Virus record (IMG/VR): IMGVR_UViG_3300046028_008858
Span: 1 to 25,859 of that record
DNA length: 25,859 nt
Direction: 5' to 3' (one strand)
From: a virus
Taxonomy: Duplodnaviria > Caudoviricetes
Shown here piece by piece: positions 7,286 to 16,344 of this stretch. The notes below the pieces were generated by a model. It saw only the letters and a program-made list of their open reading frames with translations. It was not told the DNA's origin and did not search any database. A program made the translations under genes and the position numbers. The number at the start of each line of letters is the position of its first letter. The stretch's first letter is position 1.

Positions 7286-8110
7286 CTATAACATATAAAA
7301 ATAAGGTTCGATATCGTCTGAATCGTTGAATATCCTCATCGGTTTGGTTAATTTAAGGGTTGGTTCGTCAGAATAGAAGGTACAATAAATCTCATTAATC
7401 TCCACCTCACTTCTAAATTCTTCGTGTAAATCATACGTGTAATACAATACAATATATTCGTCCCGTAGTCTATCGAAATCGTATTCAGACATTGCAGGTT
7501 TATCGGTATTCATATTAAGTTCACACGAATCTTTTATTTGTTGGTTCCAAGTGGCGATTAAGGAAAAATCATATACTAATTCATCGGAACTTACTTCTCC
7601 TTCACCATAACAATCATGGCATTCTTCTTTTCCATCTCCATCACAACTAGTACACTTAAACTCTCCATCACCATCACATTCGGGGCAAGTCGTGTAATCA
7701 CCATCACATTCTTCACAACCTTCACCATCACATTCTTCACAAGGTATTACCCCAGAACCATCACATTTCTCGCAACTGACGTGGCCTCCTCCTCTACAAT
7801 CTCTACAACTAACCTCCCCAGAACCATCACAAGATGAACATGTTGTATTAAATTCTTTACCTTCCGTTGTAAACAAGTTCGCGAAACCTAATGAATTAAT
7901 CATTTTATCTCCAAGATTAAACCCTTTACCTTGATTATACGAATAAATATATATTATTAACTTGACAATATTATCAGGACCCAAATAGTTGAAGTAGTCG
8001 CTTTGTTTTTGCATTACAGGAATTAAAAAGTCATAAACTTCTTGAGGTGTGTCTGACTTAGGTATTAATTCTGATAAATTTGCCGCTAATTTTTTTATTT
8101 TTTCATTCAT
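7286..8110 (-). CDS. DnaJ-type zinc-finger (CxxCxGxG repeat) protein without J domain
   Basis: About 8 CxxCxG(xG) repeats in the central region; no HPD motif. Confidence 0.8.
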   Translation of the reverse strand: MNEKIKKLAANLSELIPKSDTPQEVYDFLIPVMQKQSDYFNYLGPDNIVKLIIYIYSYNQGKGFNLGDKMINSLGFANLFTTEGKEFNTTCSSCDGSGEVSCRDCRGGGHVSCEKCDGSGVIPCEECDGEGCEECDGDYTTCPECDGDGEFKCTSCDGDGKEECHDCYGEGEVSSDELVYDFSLIATWNQQIKDSCELNMNTDKPAMSEYDFDRLRDEYIVLYYTYDLHEEFRSEVEINEIYCTFYSDEPTLKLTKPMRIFNDSDDIEPYFYML

Positions 8111-8111
8111 A

Positions 8112-8498
8112 TTATTCAGGTTCTGGTGATACTGTAAATATCATGGTAACTATGTGTTCACTGTCTGCAACAAATTTCATATCAATAATTAGACCTGCAT
8201 CTGCTGCGAAATTATTATCCGAGCCTGAAATTATTTTACCTTTAGGCGATAGTATGTATTTAGTGATGGAGTCACGTAATTTATTTACCATATTCTTAAT
8301 ATCCCTACAAAAAAAATCGGCGTCAATATCAATCGCACCCAAATAATCAAACTTAATGTTAATCTCATACCTTTCAATCGATTCTTTATTGTTTACATAA
8401 TCAATATGTAAATAGAACTCCATAACATTAAAATATGTTGCTAAATCAGAGGAGATGAGATATTTAAGTTTTTCCGATAAAATTTCTTCATTAATCAT
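8112..8498 (-). CDS. Hypothetical protein
   Basis: 128 aa ORF, TATTTAT 4 nt upstream; N-terminus MINEEILSEKL. Confidence 0.8.
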   Translation of the reverse strand: MINEEILSEKLKYLISSDLATYFNVMEFYLHIDYVNNKESIERYEINIKFDYLGAIDIDADFFCRDIKNMVNKLRDSITKYILSPKGKIISGSDNNFAADAGLIIDMKFVADSEHIVTMIFTVSPEPE

Positions 8499-8561
8499 AT
8501 TAATAAATACCTTTATTTTCGTATTTCGGTTAGTTATTATATATGATATAAATTTAAGAAC

Positions 8562-8879
8562 ATGACTATTAAAGTAACATTAACTGAAGAAGAAATCCTT
8601 AGTACCCCAAATGATTCTGAGTTGGGTGAGTTAGTTAGAAATAAATTTTGGCAAGCCAGGAGGGACCAAGAAGGACCTCAATACGATGATGAACACTTCG
8701 GACTCACCATAGGTGAAGACGGTCTTGTAACGTCTGTAAATCGTCCTGACGAGTACGATACTTGTGTTATGTGTGGTAAGAAAACACCGTATCTTAGAAG
8801 TACTCATATTGATTTAAGATTTAATTATATTCAAGGTATGGGTCAAATTTGCGTTGACGAATCAACCTGTGGAAAATAA
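8562..8879 (+). CDS. Hypothetical protein with C-terminal Zn-ribbon-like cysteines
   Basis: CVMCG...HID.R..YI.G.GQIC. Confidence 0.75.
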   Translation: MTIKVTLTEEEILSTPNDSELGELVRNKFWQARRDQEGPQYDDEHFGLTIGEDGLVTSVNRPDEYDTCVMCGKKTPYLRSTHIDLRFNYIQGMGQICVDESTCGK

Positions 8880-8907
8880 TTTAATTTATGTGGATATGAA
8901 AAATAAA

Positions 8908-8939
8908 TTTGGTGGGTAATGTATTATTCCTTATATTTG
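8908..8939 (+). promoter_or_regulatory. Bacteroidota primary-sigma promoter
   Basis: TTTG-N20-TATATTTG. Confidence 0.8.
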
Positions 8940-8961
8940 TTTAACCAAAAACAAGAAAGAT

Positions 8962-9417
8962 ATGACAACCAACACCAACACCCTAATCAAAGTAACAGAA
9001 GGAACATTAGCAGGAGACGTATTCTACGGTTCTTTTGACACCACAGTAAAGAACAAGAGAGTCTCTGTAATGGTTTCCAACCACATCAAAGATGTAAACA
9101 AAGAGTACGAGTTCCGTATCGCAAACAAATGTCAGGCGGGATTCATTAACATCCACGACAGTAAAGGTACAGCATCTGAGATGATGAGAGGATGGACCAA
9201 AAACTCTTTGGTTAACATCCAAGTAAAGAATGAGTTCGGTCACTGGATGAACGTATACACAACCAAAGGTGGTAAGTGGTACTCAATCGACAAAGGTTTC
9301 TTAGAAGTAATGACTGTAGGAACCATGAGACAATCGTTCTCTGACATGTGTGACATGGAATTATGGGGTCGATTCGGAGCCAAAACTTGGGCTGACAAAG
9401 CTTTCACTCAAAACTAA
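8962..9417 (+). CDS. Hypothetical (probably early) protein
   Basis: 151 aa ORF between a host promoter and a terminator. Confidence 0.85.
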   Translation: MTTNTNTLIKVTEGTLAGDVFYGSFDTTVKNKRVSVMVSNHIKDVNKEYEFRIANKCQAGFINIHDSKGTASEMMRGWTKNSLVNIQVKNEFGHWMNVYTTKGGKWYSIDKGFLEVMTVGTMRQSFSDMCDMELWGRFGAKTWADKAFTQN

Positions 9418-9425
9418 TAAAAAAT

Positions 9426-9449
9426 AAATCCCCTCATGGGGATTTTTTT
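9426..9449 (+). terminator. Intrinsic terminator
   Basis: AAATCCCC-TCAT-GGGGATTTTTTT. Confidence 0.85.
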
Positions 9450-9491
9450 AATAATATATTTAATTTGGGTTGACAATTAAAAGATAAGACA

Positions 9492-9680
9492 ATGTTTGAG
9501 AATAAGATATTTTGGAAAGACACCTTTGATGGTGAGAAAGCTCAAGGAGGTATCTTCTACAGAGCGGTAGACTTGAAGAAGTTTATGGAATTGGTGGAGG
9601 CCAATGAGAATGGAAACGGTGGCGAGATTGTTGGGATTCGTTTTGAAGATAATAATGTAGAATTTATTGTGAAGAAATAG
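9492..9680 (+). CDS. Small hypothetical protein
   Basis: 62 aa ORF with A-rich leader similar to neighbouring genes. Confidence 0.75.
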   Translation: MFENKIFWKDTFDGEKAQGGIFYRAVDLKKFMELVEANENGNGGEIVGIRFEDNNVEFIVKK

Positions 9681-9681
9681 T

Positions 9682-9712
9682 TTTGTAATATCGTAGGTAT
9701 TCACTATATTTG
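9682..9712 (+). promoter_or_regulatory. Bacteroidota primary-sigma promoter
   Basis: TTTG-N19-TATATTTG. Confidence 0.78.
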
Positions 9713-9735
9713 TATTCACAAAAACAATAAGACAT

Positions 9736-10476
9736 ATGACTCCTACAATCTCCACAATCGAAAAAGTACGTAACTATCAAGGTCAAAATTCTTTCGTCAT
9801 CAAGATGAAAGATACCATATCAAAATACGGAGGTCTAACTCCTAAACAGTTAGCCGCTGTTGAAAAATGTCTTAACGCGGTTGCAACCGTTAAAACTGAA
9901 GAAATGACTGAAGACATGAAACGCATCGTTGAGTACAAAGGTGAGAACACGTTCGTTAAGGACATCGCATCTAAGTTCCAAAAGTATGGTACCTTAACTG
10001 AGAAACAAAAGTCAGCCGCTTTGTCTCAGATTCAAAAAGAGGAAGACAAAGAGAAGACCATCCGTATGAACTGGCCGACTCCAGGTGAGACAATCGTAAT
10101 CGGTCGTAAGATTGGTCAACAGTTGAAAGAGACTTATGGATTGGAGTTCAACCCTACATTGATTGACATCACTCGTTTGTTAGGTGTTAGTCCTAAAGCG
10201 GTAAGATTCGCGGGTAAAATGACCATCAAACGTGGTAAAATCTGTACCTCTTGTATGAGAGACTTGACAGATGAGTTCTCAATGTTAACAGGAATGGGTA
10301 AGATATGTGCGGGACACTTGAAAATCCCTTACATCAAAGATGCGTCTGAGACAGCTCGTTTCCGTGAGGACTACTTGAAGAGAGTTGAGGAGATTGGGGA
10401 GATGGAGTTTTGGATTCCAAAAAACCAAATCAAAAAGTGGACAGGAATGACCGAAGCTATCATGAGAACCATGTAG
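9736..10476 (+). CDS. DUF6011-like Zn-binding protein with duplicated N-terminal helical repeat
   Basis: CTSCMRDLTDEFSMLTGMGKIC fits the CxxC.RxLTD..S...G.G..C pattern; two copies of Y.G.N.FV.......KYG.LT.KQ. Confidence 0.7.
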   Translation: MTPTISTIEKVRNYQGQNSFVIKMKDTISKYGGLTPKQLAAVEKCLNAVATVKTEEMTEDMKRIVEYKGENTFVKDIASKFQKYGTLTEKQKSAALSQIQKEEDKEKTIRMNWPTPGETIVIGRKIGQQLKETYGLEFNPTLIDITRLLGVSPKAVRFAGKMTIKRGKICTSCMRDLTDEFSMLTGMGKICAGHLKIPYIKDASETARFREDYLKRVEEIGEMEFWIPKNQIKKWTGMTEAIMRTM

Positions 10477-10479
10477 AAC

Positions 10480-10512
10480 ATAAACCTCAACGAAAGTTGG
10501 GGTTTTTTTATT
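10480..10512 (+). terminator. Intrinsic terminator, identical 33-bp copy at 12001
   Basis: AAACCTCAAC-GAAA-GTTGGGGTTTTTTT. Confidence 0.88.
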
Positions 10513-10530
10513 CTTAAGGTATTTATGAAT

Positions 10531-11517
10531 ATGGAATATATTATCTCAGAGTCGCAACTTAAAAAAATACTTGAGCAGTCTAATGCACCATCTATGGCCA
10601 TTATTACTAAGTTATTTAAAATGTTAAATAACGAAAAGAAAAAACACAAAACAAGAGCCGCTCTTATTGAGGTAATTAAAGGTTATTTACCTTATTTAAG
10701 TATTCCTGAACAATATTCATTATATCTCTTAGAATTATATCTTTTAAACTATAGAAAAGACGGTGATTATTCTAATTTAACTAAAGATAATTTTGTCGAC
10801 CCAAGAAAAATGAAAGGTAAAGGGACTTCAAACCCTAAAGCTAGTCAATACACAATAGCTCAATTACCATTTAAAGGTTCAAACTTAGAAGGGTATTGGA
10901 GTGAAGACAGAAATGGAAAACCATATTATAAGGTTGTTTCCTATGGATGGTACCCAATTTACATTTATAAGGATGATAAATGGTATGAGGCCACTGAAAA
11001 ATACTCATCTTCAACATCGAAACAAATGGGTAACGCAGACCCTGTATCATGGAATGACTATTTGGACAATGAAGTTTATACATTAACTAATGATGAAATG
11101 AGAATGTTGGAACAAGGGAAAAGTCATGAAGAAATAATGCAAGCCAAACTAAAAAAATTAAAAAACGTTGAATCTGAACTTTCGAAAAGAAAAAAAACAT
11201 CTAAGACTTGGGGTTATGGCACGCCTCAAGTGAATATTAAATTCAAAGTTAAATCCATTGATATTGAAGACGATAAGGCAATTGTTACCGTTGACATTTA
11301 TGATGTTTTAAAAAGAGAAGGTGGTATAGAAGTTCCGACAACTCAAAATTATTTAAAAGGTGAAATTCCAAACATTACTCCAAAAATTATTGAAGATAAT
11401 ATTAAGTCCAAACTTAAAGGTGAATTAAAAGACTACATTGGAACTCGTTTTAGATATACGGGTGAAGACTCTCCAAATACACAAGTAGAATTTAAATTTA
11501 ACCATCTAAAAAAATAA
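10531..11517 (+). CDS. Hypothetical protein with YIISESQL..ILE leader
   Basis: Long ORF; TATTTAT at 10520-10526 favours ATG 10531; central SYGWYPIY...WYE...YS.STSKQ domain. Confidence 0.85.
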   Translation: MEYIISESQLKKILEQSNAPSMAIITKLFKMLNNEKKKHKTRAALIEVIKGYLPYLSIPEQYSLYLLELYLLNYRKDGDYSNLTKDNFVDPRKMKGKGTSNPKASQYTIAQLPFKGSNLEGYWSEDRNGKPYYKVVSYGWYPIYIYKDDKWYEATEKYSSSTSKQMGNADPVSWNDYLDNEVYTLTNDEMRMLEQGKSHEEIMQAKLKKLKNVESELSKRKKTSKTWGYGTPQVNIKFKVKSIDIEDDKAIVTVDIYDVLKREGGIEVPTTQNYLKGEIPNITPKIIEDNIKSKLKGELKDYIGTRFRYTGEDSPNTQVEFKFNHLKK

Positions 11518-11604
11518 TGAAATACATAGGGTGGTGGAAGTTTATACCAATCAATTAAAATTTCTTAAAATCGTGATATATATGTATTAAAACACATATT
11601 TTTA

Positions 11605-11997
11605 ATGGAAAAATTTAATCCTTATCATCAACACTTATTAGTTAAATGTTGGGTCACAAATCCTCCAAAGAAAGAGGAATTATTAAATAAATGGTTTACG
11701 TATTTGGTTGAGACGGTAGGGATGAAAGTTGTTGCTGGTCCAACTAGCGTTTATGTGTCAGACCCTGGTAATGAAGGACTGACGGGAACAGTTACACTCG
11801 CAACGTCACACGCATCAATCCACATTTGGGACAACGCAGAACCACCTATGGTTCAGTTTGATATCTACAGTTGTAAGGAGTTTACTCTTGAACAGGTAAT
11901 GAAATGTTTTAACCCTTGGGGACTTATCAAAGCAGAATGGGTAATGATTGACCGAAACAGCACACCAACAATAACCTCACAAGGAAATTGGAACTAA
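11605..11997 (+). CDS. speD: S-adenosylmethionine decarboxylase proenzyme (pyruvoyl-dependent)
   Basis: HLLV...GLTG...ATSHASIHIW...DIYSCK.F; autocleavage Ser in T-S-H. Confidence 0.85.
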   Translation: MEKFNPYHQHLLVKCWVTNPPKKEELLNKWFTYLVETVGMKVVAGPTSVYVSDPGNEGLTGTVTLATSHASIHIWDNAEPPMVQFDIYSCKEFTLEQVMKCFNPWGLIKAEWVMIDRNSTPTITSQGNWN

Positions 11998-12000
11998 GTT

Positions 12001-12033
12001 ATAAACCTCAACGAAAGTTGGGGTTTTTTTATT
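12001..12033 (+). terminator. Intrinsic terminator, identical to 10480-10512
   Basis: ATAAACCTCAACGAAAGTTGGGGTTTTTTTATT. Confidence 0.88.
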
Positions 12034-12058
12034 AAACTATTTTTACTATCTTTGTAAT

Positions 12059-12400
12059 ATGGGAAGATTAACTCAACACATGTTAGAAGAAAAAATGATT
12101 GATGAAATCATACAGGAATTTAATTTCGAACGATGTTATCTTGCGATGAATACTCTTAATTGGGAATGGTTTAGTACGGGGGTTCCAACTGTTGAAATGT
12201 TAAAAGATGCCGCAATAGACAGACTCCATTCTGCGATGGAAGGAGTTAAAGATAAAGAGAATAAACTTTCTGCGAATGAGCATTACTCCGCTTCAAGTGG
12301 AGGACTTAAAGGAACTGCATGGAAGAACCGTTACGGTCATGTAACAGGGATAAAGTTAGAGTTCGTTCTTGAAGAATGGGACTCAGATGGAGATTATTAA
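12059..12400 (+). CDS. Hypothetical phage protein
   Basis: 113 aa ORF; TATCTTTG (12047-12054) 4 nt upstream. Confidence 0.8.
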   Translation: MGRLTQHMLEEKMIDEIIQEFNFERCYLAMNTLNWEWFSTGVPTVEMLKDAAIDRLHSAMEGVKDKENKLSANEHYSASSGGLKGTAWKNRYGHVTGIKLEFVLEEWDSDGDY

Positions 12401-12456
12401 ATTAAACTTTTAGACATTTACTCGTTCATTATTTCTATCCCTGATATTTATTCGTA

Positions 12457-13449
12457 ATGAAAGTATGTTTAAAAAAATTGGGTGAGTTTCCAAAGAAGAA
12501 TGAAGTTCTTGTTATTAAGAAGTTTCTTCAGTTTTTACAATCCCAATCACCATTAAATCAAGAAGTTCGTATTACGTTCACTGACTCCCGTGAGATTCCA
12601 ATGACCACAGGTGTTAGAATGCCTGATAATGAAATTGTGGTATTGGCCAAAGGAAGATTATTAATTGATATATTAAGAACCGTATCACATGAATGGGTTC
12701 ACGAATTCCAATACCAAAAAATGGGAGTTAGAGATGATGTTAAGATTCAAGATATTGGAGGTCCTGAAGAAAATATGTGTAATGTATTATCAGGGATATT
12801 CATCAAGAAGTTTGAAAAGAAATACCCTGAGTTTAGTGAAGTTACTTACGGAGAGACCGTCAATGAAGAAGTAATATCTGAAATATCTCCTGAATCAACA
12901 GGGATTAATAAATTTTTGGAATTTATGAGAAACAACCCTGAATATATCGTAAAAATGGGTTTTAGAAACCACGACAGATTAGAGGATTATGTTTATACTG
13001 GTACTTACGAAGAATTCTCCGAATTATTAAACGAATTAAATGAGTTGATTAAAAATAAAAGCGATTATATCGATGGTGAAATGGATGAAATCGAGAGAGC
13101 AGTCCAAGACTTAAGTAGAGATGGTGACCTTGAAACGACAGTTCAGGATGTTACATCCGCATTTAATAAAGCCAAAGAGATTGACTTAACTAAAGATATT
13201 TGGTCCAAACTTGAAAACACAGAATCTACTCAAGTTAAGAAGGGGGAAATGAAAAAAGTTGTTGAAATTGCAAAAAAATACAATAAGACATCACCTCACA
13301 TATTAAAGAAATCCTTAATTAAAGGAGACTACGGTCGTCCTATGATATTAAAGTTTGGTAATAGATATCATTTGGTTGCTGGTAACACAAGACTTTGTAC
13401 TGCTGCGGCGTTAGGGATGACACCTAAAGTATTACTTGCTGAGGTTTAA
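12457..13449 (+). CDS. Multidomain protein: HExxH (zincin-like) N-domain plus ParB/Srx-like C-domain
   Basis: LRTVSHEWVHEFQ...E; C-terminal PMIL....YHLVAGNTRL; acidic linker ETVNEEVISE. Confidence 0.65.
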   Translation: MKVCLKKLGEFPKKNEVLVIKKFLQFLQSQSPLNQEVRITFTDSREIPMTTGVRMPDNEIVVLAKGRLLIDILRTVSHEWVHEFQYQKMGVRDDVKIQDIGGPEENMCNVLSGIFIKKFEKKYPEFSEVTYGETVNEEVISEISPESTGINKFLEFMRNNPEYIVKMGFRNHDRLEDYVYTGTYEEFSELLNELNELIKNKSDYIDGEMDEIERAVQDLSRDGDLETTVQDVTSAFNKAKEIDLTKDIWSKLENTESTQVKKGEMKKVVEIAKKYNKTSPHILKKSLIKGDYGRPMILKFGNRYHLVAGNTRLCTAAALGMTPKVLLAEV

Positions 13450-13760
13450 CAATTACTTTTAACTCTGTGAATTGAGGTGATAACATCAAACATGTTGTAT
13501 ATACTTTCCCACGTTGAATCTACTAGTTCATCTGAATCATCTTGTGTATGAGGTTCTTTTTGGTTCACCCAAATTCTAATCATATAATCACCTGACTTCT
13601 CAAGTCGATATACTTTTGCGTCACAAATAAGGTTTGATTCAGGAACAACAACATCATCTAAGTACCTTTGAATTAATTTAACCATAGAACCATCTTCAAA
13701 TGAAGTCTCTGATTCCACAATTCTACTAAACTGTTTTTCTGTTACAATATATGATTTCAT
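13446..13760 (-). CDS. Hypothetical protein with YIVTEKQF..IVE leader
   Basis: 104 aa ORF, leader motif, TATTTAT upstream. Confidence 0.8.
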   Translation of the reverse strand: MKSYIVTEKQFSRIVESETSFEDGSMVKLIQRYLDDVVVPESNLICDAKVYRLEKSGDYMIRIWVNQKEPHTQDDSDELVDSTWESIYNMFDVITSIHRVKSNC

Positions 13761-13786
13761 TAGTAATTTTATATTTATAAATATAT

Positions 13787-14065
13787 CTAATATATTTTAA
13801 CCCTACATTCTTCATCTTCTAAAACAATTTTATTAATTGCATCATCTCTCATCATTACCCGTGATAATACGGTACCATTATCACTTAAGATGTTTACAAT
13901 CCAAAGACCTAGTCGGTGTTCAGATATTTCGATTAATTCGCCTGTATACATTCCAAGTTCCATTATACGTAATCGAACACAACTATCACAATTCTCACAT
14001 TGTTCGGGTGGAGGTACATCTTTTATTTTAAAAGTTTTACCGACTAAAGAATCGTCAATTAACAT
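13787..14065 (-). CDS. FeoA-like SH3-fold protein with CxxCxxC insert
   Basis: G..F.I..V...RLRIMELGMYTGELIEI...RDDAINKI.L resembles FeoA. Confidence 0.6.
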   Translation of the reverse strand: MLIDDSLVGKTFKIKDVPPPEQCENCDSCVRLRIMELGMYTGELIEISEHRLGLWIVNILSDNGTVLSRVMMRDDAINKIVLEDEECRVKIY

Positions 14066-14096
14066 AGTAATGGTTTTTTATAAATATTTATTAATT

Positions 14097-14279
14097 ATGA
14101 GTAAAGAAAATAGAATAGACGGAATATATATTCCGTTAAAGATTGGAGACACTATCTACACAGGAAGATTCAAAAATAAGAAAACAACTGTAAAAACAAT
14201 AGGTAAAGATGAATATGGTATGCCTACCATTAATGGTAAACGAGTGGCGACATTTAGAATTATTTCAAAAGAAAAATAA
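14097..14279 (+). CDS. Small basic hypothetical phage protein
   Basis: Start moved to ATG 14097, 5 nt after TATTTAT; KIGDTI.TGRFKNKK..VK.IG.DE.GMPTING. Confidence 0.75.
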   Translation: MSKENRIDGIYIPLKIGDTIYTGRFKNKKTTVKTIGKDEYGMPTINGKRVATFRIISKEK

Positions 14280-14693
14280 TTACCACTCAAAAGATGTGTT
14301 TGTATTTGTTGATTCATAGTTCAAGATGAACGGCATTCCTGTTGATTTACGTATTATTTTTTCCAAATCGTAAGTTAAGTCATCTGCATCAAAATCACCT
14401 CGTCTTATTGAAGAATAATATACCATGATTTTTACACTCATATATTTCTCTTCTGTTTCTCTATTACTATGTTTTATAGTAACCCAATCTGCCTCTGTAA
14501 CCTTAACTTTCTCAAGTTCTTCGATTTGTCTACAAGTTCCTGCGCCAACATCTCCTCTATAATCATCAGCACCATTATCGCAATCTTTACGAATATAATC
14601 CATTCTATCATCAATAAGTTCTTGAAAAAGTTGGATACGCTTTTGTGATTCTACTACAAGATTATATTGTGATTCTGTTAGGATATATTTCAT
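14280..14693 (-). CDS. Hypothetical protein with MKYILTESQY..VVE leader
   Basis: 137 aa ORF, leader motif, TATTTAT 5 nt upstream. Confidence 0.85.
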   Translation of the reverse strand: MKYILTESQYNLVVESQKRIQLFQELIDDRMDYIRKDCDNGADDYRGDVGAGTCRQIEELEKVKVTEADWVTIKHSNRETEEKYMSVKIMVYYSSIRRGDFDADDLTYDLEKIIRKSTGMPFILNYESTNTNTSFEW

Positions 14694-14720
14694 ATGATAT
14701 AAATACTACAAATTAATATG

Positions 14721-16040
14721 TTATGAATCAAACTCTTGGACGGATAAAAAGAATTTGTTAGGGAATTTTTCTCTAAAGTATCTAGCAAACATTAATTTAA
14801 GTGTGGTGTGAGATATCGGAAGGTAGTTCATGAAAGTCCAATAGAAGTCTCTGTCAACAAGAAACGTATAATCATTATATCTTATAACATCATTATCGGA
14901 ATTACTCCAAGCAACATCATCTTCATGAGTTGACCAATAAGGGGATTCATTATATGTTAATTCTGAAAACTTACCATCCACTATTTTTTTGAATAGTTTA
15001 TAAAACTTTATCGCATTTTCTTTTGAAATCTCTTCAGTTTGTTCATTCAAGAGTTTACTGTATTGTGATTCGGTTACCATATAAGTTTTCTTTGATTCTT
15101 TCAGACCTTTCATACATCTTTCTTTGTATACATTTACAAGATGTTTTCCAAATAAATCTACAAGATTAATATAGAACACATCTTTATCTTTAAATGATAC
15201 TTGAAGGTCTTCAAGATAGTTGTGGGCCAAAATATCACAGGCTTCGGCAACGAAATCACCAATATCATTAAATTCGCATGGATTTAGTTCATAATCAACA
15301 AGATTATCAATATCTTCTTTCATATGTTCAAAAGACAATCTTCTACGAAGATATGTTGAAATAGATTCATTAATATTCTCATCAACTTCATCAATTAACA
15401 TTGATTCATAAGGAATACCAAGTTCATTCAAACTCCACAATATTTGATTATACTTTCCATCATATAAATTCTTTGAAAAGTCTTCGCCCTCCCAATGTTT
15501 TGGGGGTGCGAAACGTGTTACTGCGGTGTGAACCCAACTATCAGGGCTTGAATGTTTTAAATTATAAAGGGTTATGAGGTGAGTATGTTTAGATTTAAGA
15601 AACTTCTTATAGTTTTTAGAAGTGGGTTTACCATCAATTGATGGTGTGATAAAGATTGCTCCTGCATCAATTAATTTATTAACATCAAATGGTAATCTTT
15701 CAGGTATTGTATTTCTACCTTTTTTATAATTGTAAACGACAGATTCGTTCATTTCTTTGCTTTCGTTATATTTACGAGCGGTGGAACCAACATAAACATC
15801 AAGTCCTGTGTATTTTTTAATCTCTTCTTTAAGACCTGACCTCATTCTATTTGCAACAAATCCTGGCTTTGTGATTTCCTTGTTTATCCAATCTAAATCT
15901 AATACAATATAAACTGCGATTCTATCTTCCTCATATTCGGAACCTTCTTCAGAGTCAACAAAAAAACTACAAACACCTTCCATGGTGTAGTCCTTAAGGA
16001 ACGATTCTAATATCTTTACGGTCTTTTCGTGTTGGTTCAT
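14721..16040 (-). CDS. Multimodular hypothetical protein with internal leader-like motif
   Basis: 439 aa; modules separated by EMNES, NINES and LKESKKTYMVTESQYSKLLNEQ. Confidence 0.85.
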   Translation of the reverse strand: MNQHEKTVKILESFLKDYTMEGVCSFFVDSEEGSEYEEDRIAVYIVLDLDWINKEITKPGFVANRMRSGLKEEIKKYTGLDVYVGSTARKYNESKEMNESVVYNYKKGRNTIPERLPFDVNKLIDAGAIFITPSIDGKPTSKNYKKFLKSKHTHLITLYNLKHSSPDSWVHTAVTRFAPPKHWEGEDFSKNLYDGKYNQILWSLNELGIPYESMLIDEVDENINESISTYLRRRLSFEHMKEDIDNLVDYELNPCEFNDIGDFVAEACDILAHNYLEDLQVSFKDKDVFYINLVDLFGKHLVNVYKERCMKGLKESKKTYMVTESQYSKLLNEQTEEISKENAIKFYKLFKKIVDGKFSELTYNESPYWSTHEDDVAWSNSDNDVIRYNDYTFLVDRDFYWTFMNYLPISHTTLKLMFARYFREKFPNKFFLSVQEFDS

Positions 16041-16052
16041 ATGTAATAAATA

Positions 16053-16316
16053 CTACTCAACAGAAATAACTTTCAACTTATATCCTTTTAAGAACCAATA
16101 ATTAATCACGGTCACGAATACTTGTTCAATATAACCTTTACCGAACTTCTTATTAAGAGTTTCTTTCACCTCATCACTAACATACATCGTTCCCGTCTTA
16201 ATATCAAACAGGAAGAATTCATTTGTCCAAGTCTGTTCTACCTTATCGTAATAAAGGTATGGGAAACTAAAATTATCATCAATAAACTTAACTACTAACT
16301 TTTCTATACTTGTCAT
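16053..16316 (-). CDS. Small hypothetical protein
   Basis: Start moved to MTSIEKL (16316), 6 nt after TATATTTG; avoids overlap with the divergent gene. Confidence 0.7.
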   Translation of the reverse strand: MTSIEKLVVKFIDDNFSFPYLYYDKVEQTWTNEFFLFDIKTGTMYVSDEVKETLNKKFGKGYIEQVFVTVINYWFLKGYKLKVISVE

Positions 16317-16344
16317 ATTAATCAAATATACGATATTTATTAAT

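Noticed and set aside
8562-8879. MTIKVTLTEEEIL as another member of the leader family
   Set aside because: Only a partial match (no Q, no downstream hydrophobic-x-E) and no exact TATTTAT box upstream
11605-11997. T-S-H instead of E-S-H at the SpeD cleavage site as a sign of inactivation
   Set aside because: The pyruvoyl-forming Ser, the His residues and the downstream Cys are intact; treated as a variant, although substrate specificity is unverified
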